NCBI GenBank assembly: GCA_963803435.1
Contig: CAWDML010000001.1
Location: 320,001-384,000, forward strand
DNA length: 64,000 bases
Direction of reading: 5' to 3'
From: an uncultured delta proteobacterium
GTDB taxonomy: Bacteria; Myxococcota; Kuafuiibacteriia; Kuafuiibacteriales; Kuafuiibacteriaceae
Both the position numbers and the translations under genes were made by a program. Shown here in pieces: positions 9,614 through 19,656 of the stretch. Each line of letters starts with the position of its first letter. Position 1 is the first letter of the stretch. Below the pieces are notes generated by a model. That model was not told the origin of the DNA and did no database searches. It worked only from the letters and a program-made list of their open reading frames with translations.

Positions 9614-12016
9614 TTAGAGGGAGGGGCCGGTGGTGGCAACCCCGTCGAGCGACGGGATCGCCTCCAGCCGCGGGACCACCGGTTCCGTCAACCCCGCTTG
9701 CAGGACCTGCTCCATGTCCTCGACCAGCACCACCTCGAGCTGATTCCGAACCGCCTCGGGGAGATCGTCGAGATCCGCCTCGTTTCTCCTCGGCAGCACC
9801 ACCGTCTTGATCCCCCGGGCGTGCGCGGCCAGCACCTTCGACTTGATGCCGCCGACCGGAAGGACCCGCCCGCGCAAGGTCACCTCACCCGTCATCGCGA
9901 GGTCCGAACGCACCGGCCGCCCGGACAGGAGCGACGCGATCGCGGTGAACATCGTGACGCCGGCCGAGGGACCGTCCTTGGGCGTCGCACCCGCGGGCAC
10001 ATGCACGTGGATGTCGTGACCCTTGAGGAGCGCGTCCGAGACCCCGATCCGCTCGCCGACCGAGCGCACGTAGGTCAGGGCGGCCTGCGCCGACTCCTTC
10101 ATCACCTCACCGAGCTGGCCGGTGAGCACCAGCTTCCCGGAGCCTCCCGGGATCAGCGACGCCTCCACGTAGAGCACGTCGCCCCCGAGCGGCGTCCAGG
10201 CCAGGCCGGTCGCGATGCCCGGCCGGTTCGGCGCCTCGTGCAGCTCGTCCTGGAACTTGCGGCGCCCCAGGTACGACTTGAGGTCGCCGCGATCCACCTC
10301 GAGCGGATGCCCGAGCTCCGACTTCGCCTTCTTCACCGCGGCCGCGCGGAACACCTTGCCCAGCACGCGCTGGAGCTGCCGCACGCCCGCCTCCCGGGTC
10401 CAGCCCGCGATCGCGTCCTCGATCGCCGCGTCGGTGAAGTGCACGTCGCCGTCCGAGAGACCGGCGTTCTCCGCCAGCTTCTTGAGGACGTGGTCCCGTG
10501 CGATCACCACCTTCTCGTTCGGCGTGTAGCCCTCGATCTCGAGGATCTCCATGCGGTCGCGGAGAGGAGGCGGAACGGTGGCGAGATCGTTGGCCGTCGC
10601 GATGAACAGCACGCGGGACAGATCGAACGGCACCTCGAGGTAGTGATCCACGAAGTGGTGGTTCTGCTCGGGATCCAGGATCTCGAGCAGCGCCGACGCC
10701 GGATCGCCCTGCCAGCCGCGACCGAGCTTGTCGACCTCGTCCAGCAGCACCACCGGATCGGCAGTCCCCGCGCGCCGCAGCCCCTCGATCAAGCGACCGG
10801 GCCGCGCCCCCACGTAGGTCCGCCGGTGCCCCCGCAGCTCCGCCTCGTCGCGGACGCCGCCGAGCGCCACGCGCACCAGCTTGCGCTCCGTCGCCTTGCC
10901 GATCGCCTCCGCGATGCTGGTCTTGCCCACTCCGGGCGGGCCCACCAGGAGCAGGACGTCCGCCCGGCCGCGGCCGGCCAACTTGCGCACGGCCAGGTGC
11001 TCAACGACCTGCCGCTTCACGTCCTCGAGCCCGTAGTGGGTCTCGTCGAGCACCTGCTCCAGCGCACCGAGGTCGATCTCGGTGCTCGAGAACGAGCCCC
11101 AGGGCAGGTCCGTGATCCACCCCAGCCAGTCCAGCGCGACCGATCGCTCGGCCGAGCCGTTCTGGATGCGGTCGAGCCTCGCCAGCTCACGATCCACGAC
11201 CTCGCGCACCTCGTCGGGCAGGTCGCGATCCTCCAGCTTCTCCTTGAGCTGCTCGACGTCGCTCTGCGGATCCTTCTCGCCGAGCTCGTCCTGGATCGCC
11301 TTCAGCTGGCGCCGCAGGATCGCCTCCCGCTCGGCACCGCGGATGTCCGTCATCACCCGATCCCGGATCGACTTCTGCGCGCGCAAGATCTCCTGCGCCA
11401 CTGCGATCTGCTCGAGCACCTTTTCCGCGCGCCCCACCGGATCGAGAGTCTCGAGCACGTCGAGCTTCCACTCCGGCTCCGATTCGATCGAGGCCGCGAC
11501 CAGATCGATCAGCGTCGCGGGATCCTCTACGCCTTGCACCACGGCGCCGATCGGAACGTCCGCTCCGAACTCCCGGGCGGCCTCCTGAACCGCGGAGACG
11601 AGACTCCTGCGCATGGCCTCGGCTTCGTTCGTCTTCGGCCAGGGGGCCTCCGCCAGCTCGAACTTCGCCTCCAGGTAGGGCGAGATCTGCACGAACTCGT
11701 TCAGTCGGACCCGCGCCACGCCCTGCAGCGCGACCGCGTGCGGCCGTTGGTCCTGCTCCTCCTCCCTCACCACGCGGGCCAACGTGCCGATCGGCAGCAG
11801 ATCGACCGGCGCAGGATCCTGCACCGGCTCCCGCTGCACGGCGACGATCAGCCAGCCGCCGGGCGGGAGATGCTCGAGCGCCACCAGCGACTTCCGCCGG
11901 GCGATCGCGAAGGGGGAGATGACACCCGGGAGCAGCACGCCCCGCCGGAGCGGCAGGACCGGGAGGCTCGCGGGCAGGTTTTTGGGAACAGTCAGGTCGA
12001 TTCGTCTTTCCGCCAT
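9614..12016 (-). CDS. lon: ATP-dependent protease La (Lon)
   Basis: Lon N-domain LPVLPLR; Walker [10 protein letters not shown]; LLDEVDK; PKDGPSAG catalytic Ser; [19 protein letters not shown] catalytic Lys; ATG at 12016. Confidence 0.97.
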   Translation of the reverse strand: MAERRIDLTVPKNLPASLPVLPLRRGVLLPGVISPFAIARRKSLVALEHLPPGGWLIVAVQREPVQDPAPVDLLPIGTLARVVREEEQDQRPHAVALQGVARVRLNEFVQISPYLEAKFELAEAPWPKTNEAEAMRRSLVSAVQEAAREFGADVPIGAVVQGVEDPATLIDLVAASIESEPEWKLDVLETLDPVGRAEKVLEQIAVAQEILRAQKSIRDRVMTDIRGAEREAILRRQLKAIQDELGEKDPQSDVEQLKEKLEDRDLPDEVREVVDRELARLDRIQNGSAERSVALDWLGWITDLPWGSFSSTEIDLGALEQVLDETHYGLEDVKRQVVEHLAVRKLAGRGRADVLLLVGPPGVGKTSIAEAIGKATERKLVRVALGGVRDEAELRGHRRTYVGARPGRLIEGLRRAGTADPVVLLDEVDKLGRGWQGDPASALLEILDPEQNHHFVDHYLEVPFDLSRVLFIATANDLATVPPPLRDRMEILEIEGYTPNEKVVIARDHVLKKLAENAGLSDGDVHFTDAAIEDAIAGWTREAGVRQLQRVLGKVFRAAAVKKAKSELGHPLEVDRGDLKSYLGRRKFQDELHEAPNRPGIATGLAWTPLGGDVLYVEASLIPGGSGKLVLTGQLGEVMKESAQAALTYVRSVGERIGVSDALLKGHDIHVHVPAGATPKDGPSAGVTMFTAIASLLSGRPVRSDLAMTGEVTLRGRVLPVGGIKSKVLAAHARGIKTVVLPRRNEADLDDLPEAVRNQLEVVLVEDMEQVLQAGLTEPVVPRLEAIPSLDGVATTGPSL

Positions 12017-12146
12017 CGGACGCACTCGGAAACACCTCGATCCGGAGGTCAAATCGTAAATCGTCGATTGGCTATAAATCCCCGGGACCGAGCGAGATTC
12101 GCGCTGCGCTTTTCTTATTCCCGGACCTTTCGGATCATGCGCGCGA

Positions 12147-13436
12147 ATGCTGGATCAGGAGACGCTCCGGCGCCGGGCCCTCGATCGAGTCCTGTTCGAG
12201 GCCGCCTGGAAGAACGAGCGCGTCGCGAACAAGTTTCGCGGCACCATCTGGATCGCCGTGGGCGTCGCGATGATGGCGGTGCGCCCGTCGCCGACGCCGA
12301 TCGTCCACTTCATGTGGGGCGTGCTCGTGCTGGCACTGGACGTGACTTGGATGAGGCACACGTTCGCGCGCTGGATCCCGTGGGTCCTGACCACGGTGGA
12401 CCTCATCGTGCTGGTGGTCGGGATGCAGGCCGGCTACGAGCAGGCGCTCGGGGTGGGGCCACTGTTCGCTGAGCACCACCTGTCCGGCACCGCCGTGGGG
12501 ACGCTGGTGGTCCTGTCCGTGAACATGATGCGCTTCTCCTGGCGCCTCTCGGTATGGTCGACGCTGGTCGCGATCGCCGGCTTCAGCTGGATCCGTCTGG
12601 CGCACGATCGCTTCGATACGCTCAGCTACGTCGACCTGGTCCTCTTCAGCAGCCTCTGCGCGATGCTCGTCTACACCAGCCATCGCTTCAAGAGCATCCT
12701 CTCCCACGTCATGCTGGATCTGCGGGCGGTCCAGGAGGCGCGGCTCGCCTCGCTGTCACGGCTGGTCGCCGGCATCGCCCACGAGATGAACACGCCGCTC
12801 GGCGCCCTGAACGCGAACACGCAGGTGGCCGGTCGCGCGGCCGAGATCATCCGCGCCGAGATCGCCGCGCCCGAGCAGCGCGTCGAGCGGGCCCTGACCT
12901 CGCTCGAGCAGGCAGGCCAGGCCGGTCGGGACGCGGTCGAGCGCGCGATCACGATCGTCGACTCACTCAAGCGCTTCGCCCGGCTCGATCAGTCGGAGGT
13001 GCAGCTCGCCGACGTCCGCGAGTGTCTCGACGCCTGTCTGGAGCTGCTGCCCAGCGAGGCGAAGGCCCGCGTCGACGTCGAGCGGCGCTTCGAAGAGGTC
13101 CAGCGCATCGCCTGCCGGCCGGGACAGCTCAACCAGGCCTTCATGAACCTGCTGGAGAACGCGGTCCAGGCGATCGAGGGCGCGGGCCGGATCGAGATCC
13201 GCGTGGAGGCCCGCGGAAGCGAGGTCGAGATCCAGATCGAGGACAGCGGTTGCGGGATCCCGAAGGAGCGGCTGGCCCAGATCTTCGACCCCACGTTCAG
13301 CAGCGGCGGCTCCCGCACCAAGATGGGCTTCGGCCTGGCGTCGAGCCAAGGCATCGTTCAGGACCACGGCGGAACAATCGCGATCGAGAGCGAGATCGGA
13401 AGCGGCACCACCGTGACGGTCCGCCTCCCCGCCTGA
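12147..13436 (+). CDS. Membrane-bound sensor histidine kinase (no adjacent regulator)
   Basis: Several TM helices; H-box AGIAHEMNTPL; N-box LNQAFMNLLENA; G1 DSGCGI; G2 GFGL. Confidence 0.92.
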   Translation: MLDQETLRRRALDRVLFEAAWKNERVANKFRGTIWIAVGVAMMAVRPSPTPIVHFMWGVLVLALDVTWMRHTFARWIPWVLTTVDLIVLVVGMQAGYEQALGVGPLFAEHHLSGTAVGTLVVLSVNMMRFSWRLSVWSTLVAIAGFSWIRLAHDRFDTLSYVDLVLFSSLCAMLVYTSHRFKSILSHVMLDLRAVQEARLASLSRLVAGIAHEMNTPLGALNANTQVAGRAAEIIRAEIAAPEQRVERALTSLEQAGQAGRDAVERAITIVDSLKRFARLDQSEVQLADVRECLDACLELLPSEAKARVDVERRFEEVQRIACRPGQLNQAFMNLLENAVQAIEGAGRIEIRVEARGSEVEIQIEDSGCGIPKERLAQIFDPTFSSGGSRTKMGFGLASSQGIVQDHGGTIAIESEIGSGTTVTVRLPA

Positions 13437-13438
13437 GG

Positions 13439-15283
13439 TCAGCCGTCGGGCGCCGGTGCGACGACCGGCAGCGTGGTGGCGCGCTCGTCCCACTTCCAGG
13501 CCCCGGCCGAGATCCGAGCGCCCTCGTCGACCTCGGCCGTGATCAGCTCGGCGCCCTCGGCGAACGTCGGCCTCTCCTTCTCGTCGAAGACGATCCGGCT
13601 CGAGGCGGCGCCCGGCTCCAGCGGGAAGGTGAGCAGGCCTTTGATCGAGCCGTCCTTCACGGCCAGCACGTAGACGGCGGCTCGCTTCTCCATCGGCGCC
13701 TCCACGCCCACCTCGAGGGCGCCGGCGTCGAGCCGGAGCGTCACCGCGTGGGTCGAGGTCGTCCCGGCGGCCTGGAAGAACCTCGCCAGCTGGGAGGCGG
13801 TGAAGGCGTCCTGGCTCGCCTGAAGGACGTGCTTCTCGTGGGCGATCGCCTCGGGGAAGCGCCGGCGCCGGTACTGGACGGTGGCGAGGGTGTCCTCGAT
13901 CGTCGCGAGGCTCTCGTCGGTGGAGCGATCGACGGCGCGCTGCGCGGCGAGCTCGGCGAGCTCGAGCCCCTTCTCGGTGGCCGCCGGCGTGAGCGCGAGC
14001 TCCCAGGCCAGCCGGTTGAGCTCCTCGTACGGGGCCAGGTCGAGCTCCAGGTAGCGCTCGATCGTGCGCACCTCGTCGTCGGGCGCCGGATCGACGAACG
14101 CCAGCGCCGCCTGTCCCAGCCCGGCCGCATAGAGCGCGCCCAGGATCGCGAGGGTGACCATCGCCCAGGGCGGTCGGGCGCCGCGGATGGGGAGGGTGAG
14201 GCCGTCGCCCGCGAGGAGCGCCCCCGTGACGACGCCGCCCAGCAGCCCGCCGATGTGCGCGCTGAAGTCGGCCTCCGGGATCAGCGCGATCGGGAGCGTG
14301 AACACGCCGATCAGGATCCACACGCCGGTGCTGGGGACGAGGAGCGTGGGGATACGCTTGCGGTGCTGGTGGGTGATGAACGCGGCGGCGCCCATCAGGC
14401 CGAAGGCGATCGGGCTGGCGCCCAGCGTCAGGATGCTGCCGCCCGCGAGCATCGCCAGCTCGCCGGCCAGGCCGGACACGAGCATGATCGTGAGCGCGCC
14501 GGCAGTGCCGAGCAGACGCTCGACGATCGAGCCCGCGGCCGCGATTCCGAAGACCACGAAGCCGAGATGGATCAGGCTCGAGTGTAGAAACAGGGCAGAG
14601 ATCAACCGATACAGCTGGCCGTCCTTCACCAGGATCTCGACGTTGGCGCCGAAGCGCACCAGGGCGAACATCCGGTCGAGGCCGCCGCCGAAGTACAGGA
14701 GCAGGCTGGCGACCACCAGGAGCGTGATCGCGCCGATCGTCCCAGGATGCCGGGTGGAGAGCGCCAGCTCGGCGATGCGCGCGTCCCGATCGATCGTCGC
14801 GACGCGCCCGTCGCCGTCGGGGAGCTCGCGAATGCGCTCCCGCACGCGATCCACCAGCAGCGCCGCCGAGCTCATCGACTCGAACAGCCGCGCCGGGAAC
14901 GTGAAGGTCTTGTACGTGGTCTCGATCCAGACCATGCCGTTGTGGGCCAGACGCGCGTAGATCGATCGCACCTCGGAGATCGGGATCTCGACAGCCTCGC
15001 GCGAGAACGCGCTGGCGGGCAGGACCAGGCTGCGCGCCCGGACCTCGATCCACTGCTCGGGCGCGGGCCGCGCCAGCAATCCGAACACGATGAAGGGCCC
15101 CACCACCGACACCAGCACGATCAGGACGGCCAGCCCCCACTGATCGCTGGAGACCTCGCCCTCGAGCAGCATCGAGCCCAGGAAGGCGAGCCCGAGGAGG
15201 CCGGGCCAGGCGAGCCGCAAGAGGGACGGCCGATCGTGGCGAAGGATGAACCGCGCCCTCACACGCTCGCTCCGACCCTCCAC
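13439..15283 (-). CDS. Rhomboid-family intramembrane serine protease with N-terminal membrane/PH-like and C-terminal TPR domains
   Basis: GQLYRLISALFLH..LIHL; GAS and AHIGGLLGG motifs; TPR-like DTLATVQY...EAIAHE. Confidence 0.85.
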   Translation of the reverse strand: MEGRSERVRARFILRHDRPSLLRLAWPGLLGLAFLGSMLLEGEVSSDQWGLAVLIVLVSVVGPFIVFGLLARPAPEQWIEVRARSLVLPASAFSREAVEIPISEVRSIYARLAHNGMVWIETTYKTFTFPARLFESMSSAALLVDRVRERIRELPDGDGRVATIDRDARIAELALSTRHPGTIGAITLLVVASLLLYFGGGLDRMFALVRFGANVEILVKDGQLYRLISALFLHSSLIHLGFVVFGIAAAGSIVERLLGTAGALTIMLVSGLAGELAMLAGGSILTLGASPIAFGLMGAAAFITHQHRKRIPTLLVPSTGVWILIGVFTLPIALIPEADFSAHIGGLLGGVVTGALLAGDGLTLPIRGARPPWAMVTLAILGALYAAGLGQAALAFVDPAPDDEVRTIERYLELDLAPYEELNRLAWELALTPAATEKGLELAELAAQRAVDRSTDESLATIEDTLATVQYRRRRFPEAIAHEKHVLQASQDAFTASQLARFFQAAGTTSTHAVTLRLDAGALEVGVEAPMEKRAAVYVLAVKDGSIKGLLTFPLEPGAASSRIVFDEKERPTFAEGAELITAEVDEGARISAGAWKWDERATTLPVVAPAPDG

Positions 15284-15284
15284 C

Positions 15285-16784
15285 TCAGCGGCTCTCCATC
15301 TCTTCGATCAACCGGGGGCGGAGGACCTCCTCGAAGTAGCGGCCGGCCAGCCCCAGGTCCGGGAGCAGGAGCTCGTCGGCGCCGAACTCGAACTGCGCGA
15401 TCCGCTCGAGGCCGTCGCGCGCGCTGACCGCCGCCTCGTTGAGGTGCGAGAGGCCGCGCGCCTCCAGCTGCGCGTGAAGCATCCAGCCCCGCAGATACGC
15501 CAGATCCTTGGGGAGCCCGAACGAGGCCCGGTTGGACGTGTCGCTGTGTCCGCGGAAGACGCGGTAGGCCGTGCTCCAGGCGTTGGCCGCCGCCGTCCTC
15601 GGCTCGCTTCCGGCCGCGATCCGCATCTCGCGGATCGCCTCGAACACCTCGACGAAGGTCCTGCCCTCGTCGGCGAGTCGGATCGCGAACGTGTAGTAAG
15701 GGAGGGTCGGCGAGGACTCATCCCCGAACATGTCCCGCATGAAGCCGATCTCGCGGTGCTTGGCCAGCCCTTCGTACCAGGTCTCGTCGTCCACCCTGAG
15801 GGCGCCGCCCCCGAAGCCGAACATCAGCGACCCGTTGAGGGACTGGCGGACGTGCTGGTCGACCTCGTGGCAGAGCAGCTCCAGATACTGCTTGTAGGAG
15901 CGATCCTTTGCGGGGATCCCGATGGTCGGCCCTTCGGAGGACTTGTCGCGGACGTCGATGCTCGAGTAGCGGGGATCGACGACGACCCGGAACCTGGCCT
16001 CCGCCGGGACCGGACGCCCCGTGCGGGCCTCGCAGTGCGCGTAGTAGCGCGCGAGCATCCACTCCACGGCGCGGGCGAACTCGGCGGCCGACATCCGCGC
16101 TGGGGACATCATGTAGGCGGCGAGCTTGGGCTCGATCCGGCCGCAACCGGGCGCGCTCGCCTTTTCGTGGGCCCGGGTCTCGACCAGATACCGGTAGACC
16201 ACCCGGGCGGCCTCGAGCAGGTCGTCGTCGACGCCGGCGCCGTACTTCTTGGCGACCGCGCACTTCACGGCGCGATCATCCCGAGCGATCAGGCCGCGGT
16301 CGAGCTCGATCGTCGCGAGATCGTCGTCGATCTTGGCGAGCAGCGCGGACTGCACCAGGCCCGCGATCCCCTCGACTCCGCCCTCGCGAAGCTCGGCCGC
16401 CAGCGCCACCAGGCGCGCCTCGACGGCGTCGATCGTGAGCCCGTGTCGCGCCAGCGTCGAAGCCAGCGTCCCCGTGCTCTGTGCGTAGGTGAAGCGCGGA
16501 TTGGCGCGCACGCCTGCCTGGGCGGCCGCCAGGAATCGCGATCTCACGCCGGCGACGTCGTCGATCGTGAGGAGCTCGACGGGGTTGAAGAAGCGCGTGA
16601 GCTCCGGGATCTCCGCCATCGCCCGCCGGTGACGGGGCGGCAGCGACGCCTCGATCTCCGCGAGGGGGACCAGCGGGATGCGCGAGCCGCGCCCTCGCGC
16701 GAGGGTCTGCTCGAGGCGGAGGATCTCGGTCTGCGTCGGGAGCCGTGACAGGAGCGTCTCGATCGTCGGGTTCGTCTCCAGCAC
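15285..16784 (-). CDS. DUF1704 tyrosine/phenylalanine carboxypeptidase-like metallopeptidase (QEGLA/MATCAP family)
   Basis: HEVDQH (HExxxH), YEGLA, RVFRG and KDLAYLRG motifs. Confidence 0.82.
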   Translation of the reverse strand: MLETNPTIETLLSRLPTQTEILRLEQTLARGRGSRIPLVPLAEIEASLPPRHRRAMAEIPELTRFFNPVELLTIDDVAGVRSRFLAAAQAGVRANPRFTYAQSTGTLASTLARHGLTIDAVEARLVALAAELREGGVEGIAGLVQSALLAKIDDDLATIELDRGLIARDDRAVKCAVAKKYGAGVDDDLLEAARVVYRYLVETRAHEKASAPGCGRIEPKLAAYMMSPARMSAAEFARAVEWMLARYYAHCEARTGRPVPAEARFRVVVDPRYSSIDVRDKSSEGPTIGIPAKDRSYKQYLELLCHEVDQHVRQSLNGSLMFGFGGGALRVDDETWYEGLAKHREIGFMRDMFGDESSPTLPYYTFAIRLADEGRTFVEVFEAIREMRIAAGSEPRTAAANAWSTAYRVFRGHSDTSNRASFGLPKDLAYLRGWMLHAQLEARGLSHLNEAAVSARDGLERIAQFEFGADELLLPDLGLAGRYFEEVLRPRLIEEMESR

Positions 16785-16853
16785 GGGGCGCGGCCGATTC
16801 TAACATCGGTTGCGCGCGAGCGGGTCTTCGCGCAGCATCGCGCGCCCCCTCCG

Positions 16854-18432
16854 ATGGACAAACCTGGCAGATCCGCTGGTCTTTGCGCCCTGGCGCTCGC
16901 CGGCGTGATGCTGCTGCCGCGACGAGCCTCCGCGATCGACTGGGACCTGACGATCCAGAACCGCTTCTTCCTGCAGGTGCTCTCGGAGGACATCCTGCGC
17001 TCCCAGCTGCGCTACGCCACCGTCGACGCCACCACCACCTCGGCCACCGCGCTCGCGTATCAGCTTCACGTGCTCGGCGCCGTCTCCGGCCGCCCGCTCG
17101 AGGAGATGGGCCTCCACCTGGGCCTCGACACCGGCCTGATCGAGCTCGGCGAGGACGGCGCGCTGATCGACGGACGAGACCCCGCCGAGCTGCTGCAGCG
17201 GACCGGCTTCCTCGGGGTCACCGCGATCGATCTGCAGGTCGGAGAGGGGGGAGTCGTCGAGATCCAGGTCGGAAAGCTGCGGCCCCAGATCGGACGGGGC
17301 GCGATCTTCGACGCCTACGCGTTCGGCCTCACGCTCGACGCCGACGGCACGCTCCTCGACGACCCGCTCCCGTTCAGCCTCCGCTTCGGAGCGCTCCTGC
17401 CCGACGCTACGTTCACCTCCGAGGGGAAGCGGAGCCCGCTGTTCGATTCTCGAGCTCGCCTATCACTTCGACCGGCGCACGCAGGTACGCCTGCTCGGGG
17501 TCTTTTTCGTCGAGGGCGACGACAACCTGGCGCCGATCATCTCCGACGCGCTGGTTCGCGGCCGGGCCGAGGAGTTGGTGGAGGCAGGCGAGGAGCGCGT
17601 GGCCAGCCTGCCGCCCGAGCTCCAGAGCGCCGCCCGGCAGCGTCTCGTCGAGCTGCAGGGCACGATCGTCTCCGCGGTCAACCAGGGCGACGTCGGCTAC
17701 GACGTCACCACCCGCGGGTGGCTGGGTTGGTCGGGGTTCCAGGCCGACCTCGGCTTCGGGGACCTCGAGCTGGGCGCGGTCGGGCTGATCGGCTTCGGCG
17801 CCATCGACGCAGTGATCGGACCGAACGCACAGCTGGAGGCGTCGGTGCGGACCGCCCTGGACCGCTTCCCTCGGCTGGCCGACGCGGTCCTCGAGCGCGA
17901 GCGCTCGGAGCAGGCGCTCGCCCTGCTGTCCTATTACCTCGGGCTCGACGCGCGTTACGCGCTCACGACCGACCTTGCCATCGAGCTGTTCGGCATCGCG
18001 ATGAGCGGCGACAACGGGATCCCGTCCCCGCTCGCGGATCCGAGCCCGGGGCGCGCGTATCACAGCTTCGTCAGCATCGCGCCGCTGATCCCGAAGACGG
18101 ACATCTTCTTCGGCGCGGGCGTCGCTCACAACCTGTCCACGCCGACGATCGCGTCCCTCGCACCCGACGGCGCCGGCCTGCTCGCCGGTGGGATCGACGT
18201 GGAGTGGTTCATCCTCAAGAACCTGCGCCTCCACGCGCTGGTGGCAGCGATGGCCTCCTCGGTGACGCGCGACGCGTACGGCGTGGAGCTCGACGCATCC
18301 CTCGACGCGTTCCTGCTCGACTGGCTGATCGCCTCCGCCGACGGCGGGCTGTTCATCCCTGGACAGCACTTTGGAGACGTTCCGATCGGCTACCAGACGG
18401 TGGTCGCCCTGCGCGTCTTGTTTGCGGACTGA
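16854..18432 (+). CDS. Putative outer-membrane beta-barrel protein (apparent frameshift at 17445-17449)
   Basis: Signal peptide; beta-strand pattern; YGVELD..GGLFIPGQHF resembles alginate-export-like barrel C-termini; removing one T from GATTC joins the two ORFs (LFDLELAYHFD). Confidence 0.7.
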
Positions 18433-18436
18433 GCGC

Positions 18437-19048
18437 TCATCCTTTGACGTCGATCTCGATCGCCTGGCCGATGAAGCCCTCGATCGCCTGCGCCATCGCC
18501 GCGCCCACCAGTGCCGGCTGAGCGGTCTCCACCGGCTGCTCGGCCAGCGCCCGCACCCGATCGAGCATCGAGAGATAGGCGGTCTCGAGACGTCTGATCT
18601 TGCCGTCGACCGCCTCGGGATCCTCCTGCATGTATCCGGCGAACTGAAAGAGCGTGCCGGCGGCCGTCCCGCCGATCGCGCTGTAGCCCGCCGTGCGGAG
18701 GCTCTTGGCGGCGTCGTCCTGCCGCGCGGTCGCGATCGCCGCGATGCCGACGCCCAGGGTGGTCAGCGCGAAGGTTCCATAGGAGAGCGCCTGCAGCGTG
18801 CGCGTTCGCGTTCGCAGGCTCAGCTTGCGTCTCTTCAGGTTGGTCAGCTGCTCCTGATACACCTCCTGCGCCAGGCCGAGGTGATCGACGATCTTGGGAT
18901 ATCGATCGGCGTTGGGAATCACGTTGGCCGCCACCACCCGGCTGTTGTCGGAGACGGTCAGCGTGCTTCGATCGACCAGGTTCGTGGTCCCGGCACACGC
19001 GGTCAGGAAGAGATAGAGCGAAGGGCTGAGGCGAGGTCTCGTGTTCAT
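18437..19048 (-). CDS. Hypothetical lipoprotein with a central hydrophobic helical hairpin (SLATT-like layout)
   Basis: ATG 19048; lipobox LFLTAC; two Gly/Ala-rich hydrophobic helices flanked by coiled-coil-like helices. Confidence 0.7.
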   Translation of the reverse strand: MNTRPRLSPSLYLFLTACAGTTNLVDRSTLTVSDNSRVVAANVIPNADRYPKIVDHLGLAQEVYQEQLTNLKRRKLSLRTRTRTLQALSYGTFALTTLGVGIAAIATARQDDAAKSLRTAGYSAIGGTAAGTLFQFAGYMQEDPEAVDGKIRRLETAYLSMLDRVRALAEQPVETAQPALVGAAMAQAIEGFIGQAIEIDVKG

Positions 19049-19183
19049 GGACGCTCGCCCACAGCAAGAGCGAGACCACTCGCGCCGCGCACCGGGGTTC
19101 ACAGCATCCGCGTAACCCTGTGCGCGATGTTGGCGCGCCGCGTGCGCAGCCGCTGCGGAACCGCCGTTGCAGTCGAGGAGAAG

Positions 19184-19645
19184 ATGCAAGTTGTCTTGCT
19201 TCTTCTACTCGCTTCCCATGACCCGGAGCCGTGCCGGAACCTCGAGCTCATCGGGGATTGGAAGAAGGCGGCTCGTTGTTGGGGGGAGGTGGCCGACGAG
19301 AACCGGGAACGCCGGCGATCGCTCGCAGTGGAAGCCCACTACCGCAGAGGGCTCTGCCTGCTCGCCATCGACCGACATCATCGGGCCGAACGATCGTTCC
19401 GCTGGGTCGTCGAGCACGCGGAGGATCCGACCAGCTTCCCGGCGGCCCACAGCGCCTTTCTCCTGCTGGAGCGCCGGTATCGAGAGGTGCTGCGGGGCCG
19501 GGGCAACCGGCGGATGCTCATCGCCGCCTACGAGCGCATCGCGGATCGGGGCAACGAGGAGGTGCGGCGGCTGGCGCTGGATCGCATCGCAACGTTGCTG
19601 GGACGGGCGACGCGCGAGGATCGGATCAACCGCTCGGAGCGGTGA
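19184..19645 (+). CDS. Small secreted TPR-like protein
   Basis: GAGGAG RBS before ATG 19184; hydrophobic N-terminus; EAHYRRGLCLL..AERSFRWVVE TPR-like. Confidence 0.6.
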   Translation: MQVVLLLLLASHDPEPCRNLELIGDWKKAARCWGEVADENRERRRSLAVEAHYRRGLCLLAIDRHHRAERSFRWVVEHAEDPTSFPAAHSAFLLLERRYREVLRGRGNRRMLIAAYERIADRGNEEVRRLALDRIATLLGRATREDRINRSER

Positions 19646-19656
19646 GCCTACCGCGA

